Part shown: piece after piece, positions 1 through 12,764 of the stretch | Position numbering within the stretch: the first letter of the stretch is position 1 | Layout of the letters: every line of letters starts with the position of its first letter | NCBI GenBank assembly: GCA_047495785.1 | Contig: JBLDXI010000031.1 | Coordinates: 496,001-560,000, forward strand | Length of the DNA stretch: 64,000 bases | Source of the DNA: Lepidodermella squamata | Lineage: Eukaryota; Animalia; Gastrotricha | Direction: 5' to 3' | Notes under the pieces: model-generated | The model's input: the letters and a program-made list of their open reading frames with translations, nothing else | Told to the model about the DNA's origin: nothing | Databases searched by the model: none | Translations under genes and position numbers: made by a program

Positions 1-1732
1 TGTGCGACGAATTCCGAGTGTTATGGCGTGAATTGGAACTCGGGCGGCGGTGCTTGTGTGGCGCGGACTGCCGGCTGTGAAGAGTTGGAGGATGCGCAGT
101 TTGTGTTCTATTTGAAGGCTGCCACGCCTGTTTTGGGTGCAGCGAGGCCGAAAGTTGCGCCAAAAGACTCGGGTATGTTTTTTACAACGCGAATTATCAA
201 ATTTATGTCATGCTTGAAAACGCTAGCTTTTAGACTAGATAACCAAAATTTTATCCCCGAATTGTTCTGATTTTTTAACCAATTTTATTCCGTGGCAAAT
301 GACCGTTTATTTGAAATTAGCTGGGAAACGTCTAGAAAATCGTGAAAATATTATATATCAATGAATTTTGGAGTTCATGACAATTTTTTTGAGATATATT
401 CGCATGGAACTTCAAACAATGTTTGCGGGCGCTGATGTCGAACTGTCATTTTCAAATTTATTGTATCAGTTTTCGCATCTGAATGATTTTCCGAAAATTC
501 GGAAATTATAAGGTTTTTGCGCTGAAAATATTACTATGTAGTGACGAGCTTTTAAAGAACTTACAAGCACGCTCCGAAGTTATGAAAAAACTTTCACTTT
601 CAAACGCGATAATTTTCGATAAAGAATTATTTTCAATTTTATTTTGGTCTGTAATCCGCTGCAATATTCGAATTAACTGTTCCACATCCTACTAACTATC
701 CGTTTGCCTGAAATATTTCTGAAATATTTAGTGGACACAGATTTATTAATTCTTGGTATTTTCGTGAATTTTTAACGGTCGGCTTGACGTGACGATTGAT
801 AACAATTAAATGAAATCGAAATCGGCCCAAAATTTCCGAAATTCGGGGCTAAATAATTTCAACTGTTTCTCAATCAAATCTATCGGGAAATCTATCTATT
901 CAACACTGCAATTTTCCAAATTTTTCAAACTTTTAAATTTTAAATTGTTTTTGGTATTCTTATAATTTTGTCGCTTTATTTTCATTACGTTGAATTCCCA
1001 GTCCATTTGAAAAGTTTTCGTGATTTGCGTAGAGTTAAAAAAAAACTCTAAAAATATTTAATTGCTAGAAAAAACGATATATATTTATTCTGGAATATTT
1101 TTCGTTTTTTATTAGTCTTTGACGTCTCAACGCAATCGCCAATTTTACCGACCTATTCCAGTCTTCCAAAGGTCGATGGCTACTCCGAAAAAGCCGGCGT
1201 CGTTTGTTACTCCTTCACCCGCCCGAAATCCCTGGCAATGGAATTCCTTGAAGACCTCGCCAGCTGCAAATCGGCCTGTGATCCCGACTTCAACTGCCTC
1301 GGCTTCAACGTTCAATTCGACGACAACAACCAACTCGAATTCTGTTCGACCCAAGTCACGGAATGCTCGGAAAAATCAAACACAGAACACAATTTAGCCT
1401 TCTACCGAAAAGACAGCTATGCATCATCGAATGCGTTGAAAGATGTTGAATTCAATAACAATGAGTCGCCCTATCAAAGTGGGACAAGGCTGTTCATCGA
1501 AAGGCCAAACACGCGTTGCAGCGGCGGCTTCAGCTATGTGATAAGTAGGGCAACGGCGACTCTGACCGAATGCTGGGCGTCTTGCTTGAACAAAGACGAG
1601 TGTTACGGGGTTAATTACGCCCCGTTGTTAGGCTCATGCACCCTGCAGACGAGTGGTTGTATCGAGGCTAAAACCGGCCCTGACTCTGGGCTGAATTTCT
1701 ATCAAAAAGTTGTCCAGCCTGGAAATATGTGA
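1..1732 (+). CDS. Multi-PAN/apple-domain protein, 3' part (exons <1-172, 1116-1732)
   Basis: Three repeats of the PAN core C-x3-C-x5-C-x-G-(V/F)-N ...C...C...(F/L)Y-x-K (CATNSECYGVNW, CKSACDPDFNCLGFNV, CWASCLNKDECYGVNY). Phase-1 intron GT173..AG1115 keeps the frame. AATAAA near 1874. Confidence 0.8.
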
Positions 1733-2933
1733 AATAATTGACGTTCTCCGATGCGCTTTTCTTGTATAATATATAAATTGTTTTTATTTAGTCATCTGTG
1801 AGTTATAGCTCTTAATAACGGTAAATGGCGTCTTAGGATTTTTCGCTTGAATTAAAGTGTGATTTATTCAGGTAATAAATGAAACGTGGAAATTCGCTAG
1901 TTTTTAAGCAAGACTAATGCTGGCGGCTGATTCCTGACGTTGTAGTGATTTAGCATTAAAATCACTCGAAATATTATTCAGTAGTCGATGAATGTTGCAG
2001 CATTCATCATTCATCTATTGCGGACTGACTAATAACGGGTATACGGTGACCTGTGGCCAGTTGCTCTCGCAGGGCGCCGGATAACCCGCAAAGGGAGGCC
2101 ATTTTCACTGAATGAATCGAGTTTTATGAAATTGCGGCGCCTTTCTTTGGCTAATGTCAACTTTCAATAGTCCCGTAAGAAAATCACGGAAAAGGGTTCA
2201 GAAACTCTGCAATGAGACACTAAGCACTAAGGTCACATCTCATGGCCAGAAAAATGTTAGAAGATTCGAAAAATCACGAGAATAGTAATCAAGTTTGTCA
2301 CTTTTTAATGGGGTTAAAAAAGTCCGCAGAAATTGTGTTCAACCGGGTAAAATACCGAAAAATTCCCAACCGGTCACCGTCGGGGTTTTCCGGGTTTTCT
2401 CCGGGTTTCTTCGCGGGAAAAAGATGGAATATTCCCTCGGTAGGTTTGATTTGATAAAAATAAAAAGAAAATGATAATGATAACAATTTCTACAAAAAGT
2501 TGTCAAATAAAAGAAGTAGGGGCAGGCTATTTAATGATTCATTCTTTTTTAAATTTTCTGAATTTTCTGAAAAAATTCCCAAGAAATGTGCGAGAGACCT
2601 TTCAGCTTTCACACATCTAGAGCCCATGCTGGTTCACACTACTTATTTATGCCGCATTCTTTTGACGACTACAATTGAGAGTTATTGTTCGCGTCAGTTT
2701 TTCAAAATTTCCTAGAAAAAATAGTTTTACTTTCCGCCGAGAGACATAACTACGCAAGGTGACCACAAAAGGTTGCTAATTGTTCTAAACAGCTATTGTT
2801 CGGCATCATTCACAAAGAAAAGCGCTATATCTTACCATCTAATTTAACACTTAAAGTCAGTCTTTATAGCAGTTACACAGGCTAACAGACTGCCTATAAT
2901 ACTTTCATCCGTTCCGACCGAGTAGCAATAGTC

Positions 2934-3180
2934 ATGACGTCCGATATTTTCGCCCGTATTTTTCTTGCATTCGCGGCCATCTGCGCATCAGGTAAAATCA
3001 ACCTTAAAGTTGTATATGAAAAATTCGATTTGTACCACAGTTCAAGCGCAGCAAACTGTAAAAGGCCTCGATGACTCGGCGACAATAGCTGGCGTTATCC
3101 TAAGCATCCTCGCTCTATCAGGCACCCTTTTCGGTGCGATATTTTGTTGCAAAAACAGCAGCGTCAATTCTGGCCGCTAA
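2934..3180 (+). CDS. 65-aa single-pass membrane microprotein (exons 2934-2991, 3041-3180)
   Basis: Signal peptide MTSDIFARIFLAFAAICASVQA spans a 49-nt phase-1 GT-AG intron. It is followed by a ~12-aa ectodomain, TM IAGVILSILALSGTLFGAIF, juxtamembrane CC and stop, with AATAAA near 3249. Confidence 0.75.
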
Positions 3181-3661
3181 TCGAGCTGATCTTCGTCTCA
3201 TTTTATTCAACACCTGAACAATCACTTGAGTTATTTATTGCCAAATTTAATAAAATGTTCAATGCTCAATGCTTAACTTGATCAAATATTGATGAATAAA
3301 ATTTTGGGGTCGGATTAGTTCAACCTTCAAATTACCTAATTTGATCATCTCTGTCTCTTGAAGCTCGGCCTCGTCGCAAATTTGAGACAAGATTTATTCA
3401 GTAGACAATTGAACCGTGATACATACTTAAGTCGCACCTCTTCTTTTTCACGCTCCACTAAGCACATTGCACAGAAACCATAAAAAATTCAGCCTTTTAG
3501 CAAGGCGTCTTGATAATATAGGCCTTATGTGTGACCTATAGATGACCTACATTATGTCCTCAGAAAATTTTAGGCGTTCAAGGTGCAAGTTCGGAATTTC
3601 GCCATATAAAATGCCGAAAAATGTGGGCGAAAAATGACATTAAATGAAAAATATTTTCACG

Positions 3662-4250
3662 ATGGATTACCTCTCATTTATTCTCATCCTTACTTGCGCT
3701 GTTTTGGGTATGTTTCAAGTTTTTATAAGCACGAATTTCGAAAATATAATAATTTCCGATGCCATCAATATTATTTCCTGATTTAGCTGAAAATTAGGTA
3801 GAGGTTTAAGTACTCTTAAAATTGTGAAATTTTGATTCAAATTTAAAAATGAAAGAATCACGTAATTAAATTTTTCAGCGAGAAAATTAAGGAAATTTTT
3901 TTTCATTTTTCATAATTTCTCCTAATTTTTTCCAAGCTATCTCGGCTGAAAATTGCGAGGTCGACGACTGCGAGGAATTTCAGGGTTTCGCCCTCCAGCC
4001 AGGAATCGAATGTCAAAACGGCGAGGTGATCAACCTGAACGAAAACATCCATCAGCTATCAATATGTGCCGATCTGTGCCTCATCGACGCCACGTGTCAG
4101 GGCTTCAACTGGCGCGGCGACGTCGCCACGCTCCAGGAGTACTGCTACATGATGCGTAACTGCCGTGAGGCGCCGAATGACGGGTCGCTGTACTGGCGCA
4201 AGGTTGAACCTCCGAATGCTAAGCGCCGTCGCCAATTCAGACTGGCATGA
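3662..4250 (+). CDS. Small secreted single PAN/apple-domain protein (exons 3662-3707, 3937-4250)
   Basis: Signal exon MDYLSFILILTCAVL with donor GTATGT at 3708. Exon 2 is in frame and contains CADLCLIDATCQGFNW...YCYMMRNC...LYWRK. AATAAA near 4395. Confidence 0.8.
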
Positions 4251-4923
4251 AACCTTCTTCAAAATCGATAGTTCAGACGTTAGAATTCAACTACAAATCC
4301 GATGTACAACAAAATCCAATGAACAAAGCTTCTGCTTCAGTTTATTTTTTACAGCTCAGAAATAGGAAAACTGGAAAAATGTTGGATTTTGCTGAATAAA
4401 ATCACAAATAAACTGGTTCAGGGTCAAATCCGGCGGAACTTTCATTATAAGGTACATTTTGTTTGCGGAGCGCACTTGAAGATTCCAAGCAAAAAATGCA
4501 AAATTATGCAATTCAGTTTTTCAGAAATTATTTATTTTTATATATTTCGCAAAAATTAAATTCGGATTTTTAGTTTTAAATCTTCGAAATATACTCAATA
4601 TTATTGGCTATTTTGTTCTAAAAAAGGACCTACCGGTAAAAAGCTCGAAATCAATCACGCCGCGTTGCTAAGCAAGCATGTCAAGAAGTCATGTGTTGTT
4701 TATAGCAGGCTAATGACGCCTTATAATACGTCGTATGAAATATACGCGACCGCGATTTCTACGTACGACCTTTATTTTTCAACTTATTTTAGCGCACAAT
4801 GCGACGTCACGCCGCTATTTTTATTATCGCTAATATTATTATTAGCCGAAAATTTTTCACTTAGTCATCATCATAATATTATATCGCTATTTCTAACTTC
4901 TAACTATATCGTATTTATTGGCG

Positions 4924-5115
4924 ATGATTATCGTCAACACCACCTACGCTATTTGTGTCTCCGGCCTGATGACCCTTATTATAGCTCTCGCGTTATTATT
5001 TTCGGGTCAAACCGGATGTCTGTTGAAAACGTGTCAAACTTTTATTGCGTATCGCTTTATTTTGAGCGCGCTCAGAGCAATTGATAATGGAATTTATGCG
5101 ATCAGTGAACAATAG
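4924..5115 (+). CDS. Possible 63-aa hydrophobic microprotein
   Basis: ATG ORF with one hydrophobic segment (AICVSGLMTLIIALALLF) and AATAAA near 5174. No recognisable family. Confidence 0.3.
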   Translation: MIIVNTTYAICVSGLMTLIIALALLFSGQTGCLLKTCQTFIAYRFILSALRAIDNGIYAISEQ

Positions 5116-8100
5116 AAAAAAATGCACTCAAGAGAAAGGACACAACACCCCCGAAGAAACCAAAATTGAACTCAATAAATAATTGATTTTTTTCGAATTT
5201 TCCGAATTGTCAAATTTTTTGAAATTAGATGATGAGTATCTACAGAAATGATTAATTATTCTAAATTATTTAATGTATAACTTGGATAAAATTATTCAAA
5301 TTTTCAGTATTTTCATAGAATTAATCTCAAAATGTTGCTGGTTTTCATTTTTAATACAGATAATTTTCGGCTGAACAATACACTCGGAAATTTTTTATTC
5401 ATCAAGTTTGCATTAAGGCTGCGCATTTCGCGCCAGAGCGCCCAGTCAGCACCTTTTTTGGCACTCATAATTTGCCTATAGCCTAGAAAAGCCCTCAATC
5501 GACAATGGTTATTATCACGCATCGCAGCCGTGCCAATAAACAAAGGCGCGATTGTTTACACGTTTCGACGTTTGAAACGTGCCTAAACGTAAACTAGGTC
5601 ATGTTTTTTCAATAACTCAACGACTTTATTGCGCGCTCATTACGCATTACAAATTAGCGCATATTTTTTGCGGCCAGTTTCAATGAGTGTTGTAGACTAT
5701 AGTCGATAAAAAGTTATTTTTTGCGATTTTTTTTTCAACGCCGGAAGTTTGATAATATCACGGGGCGTCTCACGTCCGCGTTCCTACGTAGCACTTCCTT
5801 CGTTGCAGGAAAATTTGAAAGCCCTGAGAAAAGCGAGGGCTAAAAACCGCTCACGAAAATCACTCGTAAGAAGTCATTATTCTAGTTTCACGACTGGCAG
5901 GAATAGCATTAGTTATACTTTTTTACAGGTGATTGATTTTCGTGCTATGATATTCAAGTGATTTTCCTGCGCGCCTATAATGTAATGTTTAGGTCACCTC
6001 CTCGCTCTCTAGGCGAAAAAAAATCGCGCGTTACTTTTTTTAAGGAGGATTTATTATTTGACGGCATTCTTAAGCGTTTATTCAATCGAGCGCGAAAGAA
6101 TGCGTCAAATGTGCGCGGCTATATTATATGCCATAAAAATTCCTCGATGCGAAGCTTTTTTATATCACTCATAATTGCATTTTATTAGTCGTAGTTTTTA
6201 GATGCCATATAAAAATGGAAATTCTGGGGCGCGGACGTAATATGATAGATTTTTCCACATGGCACTTGATCATTATTATCTTCTTTATTTCCTATACAAT
6301 TTTTTGATTAACTAGAAGCTCATGCTTTACTGATTTTTCCCACCAAAAATATGTTGTACCCGCTTGTCTTGAAAAATTCGGTGCAAAAATAACTGGAAGG
6401 GTTTTTCGGAATTTTTTAGCTACCATCAATGCCAAAATCAAGAAAAACATCGTTCCCTTTCTTCCGGCGTTCTGCCCCGCATAATTTTACACTCGAGTGA
6501 TTTTTCATTGCAGTAATAATACAGTTACACTTGATTATCTTGCAGTAACTAATGGACTTGCACCTCGTTTCGAAATGCGGGGTTGAAAAAAATGTATCAA
6601 GAAAATGATATAGATCATAAGTATGTATACACACAAATCAGTTTATATAGCTTGTTATTTAGTCGGGTTATTGCGATAACAATAATAAACAATGTTAACA
6701 TCACTACTTACGCAAAACTTGGCTGCTGGCTTCATTTATTTATTGATGCAACGAGCGCAAACTTGCCTAATTGCAACGAGATCTTTGCGCTCGGGAAGCA
6801 ATTACAAAATTTGGCCTAATTTTTCCGCATTCCCTAATTTTTTTATTTATTATTCCAGAGTCTGGCCTTTGTTTGGTGATTTAGTGGGGAAATGTACTTG
6901 TTTTTTCAGGGACATCATTCGATTTTTTCTAGAAACTAAGCAGTTCGAAAATTTCGCCGCGCATGACTCAACTTTGGACACCCTGCTTATCTTTAGCCGT
7001 TCTTGTTAAAATTTGGCTCAAATTAACCATACAATTTCTTGGCGTGGGCATTATGTTTACTCAAGGAAGGTCTCAAATCAAAGTATCTATATATAGGAAG
7101 CTAATTAGTACGGGATCCAATGAGCGAAACGAATTACTTGACATCGAAAACGTCTTGCCTCTGTTACAAATTTTTCCATTATTTATAGAATTTGTTTGAA
7201 ATGCCGATAAACAACAATTTTCTCCTCTTATGAAGCGTTTCGATTTCCCAAGCAAAACAAATAAATTTCTTACTGTTAAAACTGCGGAAAGAGCTTATTA
7301 AATGAAACGCAAATATTGGACCAACAAATGCGCCGTCTGAAATCGAGCGCTCGTGATTAGATTTATTTCACAAACTACAAAATCACACCCTTTTATATAT
7401 AGAATTCCCTCAAGAATTTTGTTTATTTTCTATCAGTATGACCACAACAAATGGTTATTTTTAGGTTATTTTTACAAACAACTCAAGTTATTATATGAAA
7501 ATATTAATTAAGGTGGAATATTATATAAATTAAAAAACTTTGTTTTATGAATTCAGCTTTCAGCTATAAAAATTGCGTGGATAAAATCGACCAACTGTCC
7601 GTTATCTCCAGGTCATCGTTTGTCGTAAGACTTAGGAATGGAGTATAGAATATTCGCGGGTGTCAACAAATCGCTAAACCACTCCATCACCACATTCAAG
7701 TACTTGTGATCAATTTAGCTTCAATGCATGCACTCGGCAAAATGGATGAGTAATAATAGCAATAATAATATACGCATTAGCGCTAGTCATCAGTTCTTCA
7801 CACGCGAGAAAAGCTCCTCTCGATAGCAATGCGGCGACAATAGCTGCTGCGTCATTGATCGCGTGTGATTTTTTGCGCCCATAGACAATGCGCGCCGCAC
7901 ATCCTCATTAGACCTAATCAACTTTTCCGTTACTAGAAACTATTGCCTATATATCATATAAATTTCTACCAGGCGTGTGCCTTCTTACCGAAAAATAATG
8001 GGTAGGAGGCGGGCCCACGTCCGTTCCCAGGATTTGCCTTCGTTTTTTCTTGGTTCCATATCAAATTTTTCACGGTTTTTATTGCACTAACAAAAATTCC

Positions 8101-8491
8101 CGCTCTGATTAGCCGATAATTCCCGAAGCGGCGAAACATCTGTATCAATACTTTATCATTTTAAAATCACAATAACTACCTAAAAGTGTAAAAACGCTCT
8201 GTTCCCGCTTTTGAACCAAAAAAAAATCAATTTTCAGATAAACGGACACCACTTTTTCTGCGGGGTGTGTTTTATTTAGGGAAAAAATAGCTTGATCCTT
8301 ATTATCGAAAATCTCGCCTGATATAATAAGTTTGCGTTTTAGATTTTTTTCTCCTCTAATAAAATGCCCGGATGAGGGCTGCGTCAATTAGCGGATCAAA
8401 AGTGTCTCTTCATTTCGCCGACCCATGGGGCAAAATGGCCGGTGACAGACAAATTTCTCGGTTCAATTATGGCGTGAAACAGTTCAATTTT

Positions 8492-11400
8492 ATGGCCATT
8501 TCGGCCGTGATTTTTCTCGTTGCGGTTATCACGGCGCCGTGTGACGCGTCGGTATCTGGAAAATCGCTGTTCAACCACACTAAAACGAAAACCAAGGAGC
8601 AACATGGCCTAGTTCAGCCCAGAGCCGGTGGCTACAGCCAATATCCGACGAAAATAGGTAAAAACTGCAATTATTCAGAATTTTTTATTCCATTTTCGAT
8701 GAGCGATTTTCAAAATCTTTGCTAATTTCCCGAAATGGGTAGATTTCTTTATTAACTCCGAAGGTAAGTGAAATATTATTCTTTGAAAATTCATGATTTT
8801 CGATTTTCGGAGCACTATTTTTTCGAATTTTCCTTAAATTTAATTCTTTCAAAAATCTATTAAAATTTCTAATTTTTTCGATTTTTTATCATTTATTTTC
8901 AGAAGGAGATGAGGAAGTTTCGGCTGAACACGCGTTGTATCAAATGCTGCTTGGAAACGATCGTTACCAGAAGCATGTGAGGCCAGTTCGCAATCATAAA
9001 AAGCCCATTACGGTATGTTATCGCTCAACCTAACAATTCCTAAAATATTGTTTTCCATTTTTTATCCTGGCAATCATTCATCAGGTGAAGGTGAGTTACT
9101 ATTTTTAACTTTTAACCGGAAATTAAGTAATTTTTTCACAGGTTGGAATGTGCGTTATGATGGTTTGTTTTTTTTCGAATTAAAAAAATTGTTAATTTAT
9201 TCTTGGAAATGTTTGGCTCTGCTACTTCTAGATCGAAGAACTCGTAAGGCGGACTACGATTTTTATAAAATTAAGCTGAATATTTTTAATTTCAAGGTTG
9301 AGCGCGACCAAATCATGGTTATGGCAGCTTGTGTAAAAATGGTTTGGGTGAGTTTAAATCATAATTTCAAATTTTCTTTCATTTAATTTTGATTTTCGCC
9401 CGAAGGTCGACGAATTCTTATCGTGGAATCCTGCTGGTAATTGTTTAGATATTGCGAAAATTTGACGAATAACGTTCGAATTTCTGTAGATTACGACAAT
9501 TTGACATGGATGGCTGTTTCAAGTACTTCTTTATGGCTTCCAGGTAATTTGACCTAGATTCGGACATTCAGTTTTCTATTGGTTCGTTTCGATTTCAGAC
9601 ATTGCGATCATCAATAGCCCTGAGCCTTACTCATTAACTCGAAAGGTCACTAATGTCGACCTTAATTACAAGGGTGAAATCGGCTACTTTCCTTCAGGCC
9701 GATTAGCAACACGGTGTAACCTTCAAATCACTTGTAAGCCTGCATTACTAGAAAAATAGGGAAAATTACGGTAATTTTCCAACAGATTTTCCTTTCGATT
9801 GGCAACACTGCGAAGTTCGATTCGAAAGCTGGATATACCCATCTCAATTCTTAGAGATAGAGCTATATCCGGGCGATGCTGTTGATTTAAAGGAATACTA
9901 CGTCAATCATCAGGTTAGTCATCGAGGATGAGAATTTCCTTTTTCATTTATTTGAATTTTTTTATGTTTCTATTTATCTTTGAAATTTTAATTTAATTTT
10001 TTGAAATTTCAGTGGACAGTGACTGGGTATCGAATTCTGTCGGAGAAGGCCGACTACGACGGCAAGAATTTCTCGTCCATCACATTCACGTTCACGCTGC
10101 GGCGCAAGTCGTCCTTCTACTTCATGTACTTCATCTTCCCCGAGCTGCTTCTCGCCTTGCTGCAAACTCTTTCGCACACGCTGCCGGTGGAGCACCCTGG
10201 GCGAATGACCATGCTGACTGCTCTCTTCATCGGAACATCCGTCACACACGCCGGCATTGCTTCCCACATACCAAAGGTATAAAACGGTCGCTGAATCTCA
10301 AAAATAAGCTTTCATCCTTCATTCAATCTTAATTTCAGTCGTCTGATACAATGTCACTGCTTCAAATCTACATGGTAAGACCTTGAAGAGATATTTCAAA
10401 TGCCGTCATTCATTTTATTTGACTTAACAGGCTATCATGTCTTGTAACCTGGTCTTTGCCCTAATCGTCACGTTCGTTATGCTGTACACTGTATTAAGGT
10501 AAGCTTTCCCTTTATCTAACCAAAGCAAGGCCACCAGCAATTTGAACGCTTTTGTTCGTCCAATCCGACGTCTGTTGCAGCTAAAAAGCTTCACTCCTAA
10601 ATTTAGAATCCATTAGTGAAGTAAAATAGATCTGGGGATTAAGAATATGGTTTTGAAAAATCGATTTAAATCTGTAGAAACTTCAGCTTCGTAACTTCAC
10701 AAGCCCCATAAAATGATAGAGAAGTAAACCGAGCTGCGGAATTGCAAGAATTTATTGGAACCAATCTAAGCCAATTTGATACACTGCCCAAAAGCTTAGG
10801 CTGCCAGTTCTCCTTTATTGGTTTTATGCTCATTCGGAATCAGATCTTGACCGAATGGCTTGATAGCCTTACTTCAAGCTTTGAGATAACTGTGAAAGCA
10901 AGTGTTAGATAATGTCCTTAATTTTTCCGCTTAGTACTTTGAGTACTTTGAGTACAGCCAAAGCGATCGATCACAGCCACAGATCCATTAGGTGACAGAT
11001 TAATATTTAAGTGCAAACTGGAGGTCAAAATTCACAGACGCTGTCTAGTAGCGATCAGTTGTTTGAGTACATCTTGTCGGACGCTATAAGTTGCTCTGTT
11101 TTATTTATGAAGATACCCTAATGAAGAACCATGTGCTCGAGCTATGCTAGCGGCCTTCTTCAGCATAGTCTGGCCTTCAAGACCTCGCGGTCCCCTCGAC
11201 CGAAGACGCCGTAGCAGTGCCTTCCCACTAACCGAACGAATCACCGAAAAGTTCCACCTTGAACAGCAACAGCTACTCCTAATGCAACGGCAGCAGAAGT
11301 ACGACGACTTGCCGGATGAATCATCCTCGCCCAATACAGCGATGATAAGGAATGCGAAGCGGCGACAGCAGTTGATGAATGGCGACTTGCATATTAGTAA

Positions 11401-12764
11401 TGGCCATGTTGGTAACAAGCAAACACCTGCGCCGTCTACGATTTACGAGGCAATCCTAGCCAGCCAGCAGCAACAGTCGAAAACAGCTGAGAAAATCGCG
11501 CATTCCGAGGGCGAGAAACTAGGCCGGCCGTTGAAAAGCCCGTCGAGTATGCCGAGGGATGTATCTGGTGGATTCGCTGTCGGCCATCGATCCTCCGGCC
11601 CGTCGAGTGGGGAATCTATCACGAGCCCTGGTTTGGCGAGCCACGTGGTCGAATCGCCGAACGGCAGGCCGAATGGCAAGAAGCGGAATGTGCGTTTGAA
11701 GAACAGTGTGAGCGGTTCGATGCGGCATCGCGATAATACAGACTTCTCGGACGATGCTGGCTCGCCGACTGGTAACATGATGACTACGGATGAAAGCGAT
11801 CACCACTTGAACGATCATCATAGTCACTACGCACGCAATGGCAATGGCGATTTTCAAAGAACGGTCAGCAATTTCATTAATTTTTCCCACTTTCATTCCT
11901 TGAATTTTTCAAATTTTTCAAATTTTAGAACATTTTAGAAATTTGTAACTAATTTTTCAATGATTATTTATTAATTATTAATTATTTATGTCTTTATTAT
12001 GATTTTCCTTCAGACAAGCTATGCCTGCAGCATGTCCCTTGTTTCGAACGACCCCGAGACAAGTCAAATGAGTGGTGGCGACAATGGCTGCTCGACCCCA
12101 GGTGCTGTATCTCTCGCCGTTGGAGGCGCTGCGACTTACTACGCATCTCAGCAGCGTTGTCTCGACGCCTCCTCGCCAACCACCACTTCGCAGCGAAGCA
12201 ACGGCCATTTGATCACAAGAAATGGCATGTTGGTCGAGGCGGACCCAGCCAGCCAGACTTCGACCTCAGAGTGCCACGTTCCTGGGACGAACCATCGAAG
12301 CACCTTGATCCCGAATGGTGTCGGGCACGGTGTGACGCGGCCGGTTGGTGTTGCGTTCTGTCTCGATGACGAGCAGCAGCAGACTGAGATGAGACGGCGA
12401 GGCACGGTTGCCGCGGTGATACCTGGTGCTTTGAAAAGTGGCCATTCTTCAGGAGGTGGGTCTGGCAAAAGTGGCCAGAAGGGTGGTGATGATGATCTCA
12501 AGAGGAAATGGCTTCTGTACTGCGTTGCTCTCGATAAAAGTAAGAAATCTTACTTAGAAAACGGGGTGAATATGTTTCTGTTATTTTATAGGTATCATGT
12601 ATGCAAATGGCATTTGGAACGTCACTCTTCCCATCGCCCTGTTCTGGATAGTCCCTGCTTTACATGAGGTTGTTTTGGAAGTTTTTACAATTTTTTTTCA
12701 ATATTTTAAGGAATATGCAATCACAGGCCATGCTTTCGCCACAAATCGACCGCCAGTGAAGTGA
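8492..12764 (+). CDS. Cys-loop ligand-gated ion channel subunit, nAChR-like non-alpha (exons 8492-8657, 8743-8763, 8903-9012, 9085-9090, 9142-9162, 9232-9243, 9297-9347, 9406-9436, 9490-9543, 9599-9733, 9786-9913, 10013-10276, 10339-10374, 10431-10498, 11113-11863, 12014-12539, 12592-12668, 12711-12764)
   Basis: Spliced product contains a signal peptide, EHALYQMLL..Y.KHVRPVRN..PITVKVG, W.DEFLSWNP.DY, LWLPDIAIIN, Cys-loop CNLQITYFPFDWQHC, FESWIY, LRRK.FY, M1-M3, a long M3-M4 loop, and KW..CVALDK leading into M4. All introns are GT-AG and phase-consistent. An upstream in-frame ATG at 8435 is an alternative start. Confidence 0.9.

Noticed and set aside
11101-12501. Antisense and alternate-frame ORFs over the nAChR-like loop (similarly over the GPCR, secreted-protein and LINE genes)
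   Set aside because: Shadow ORFs of real coding exons.
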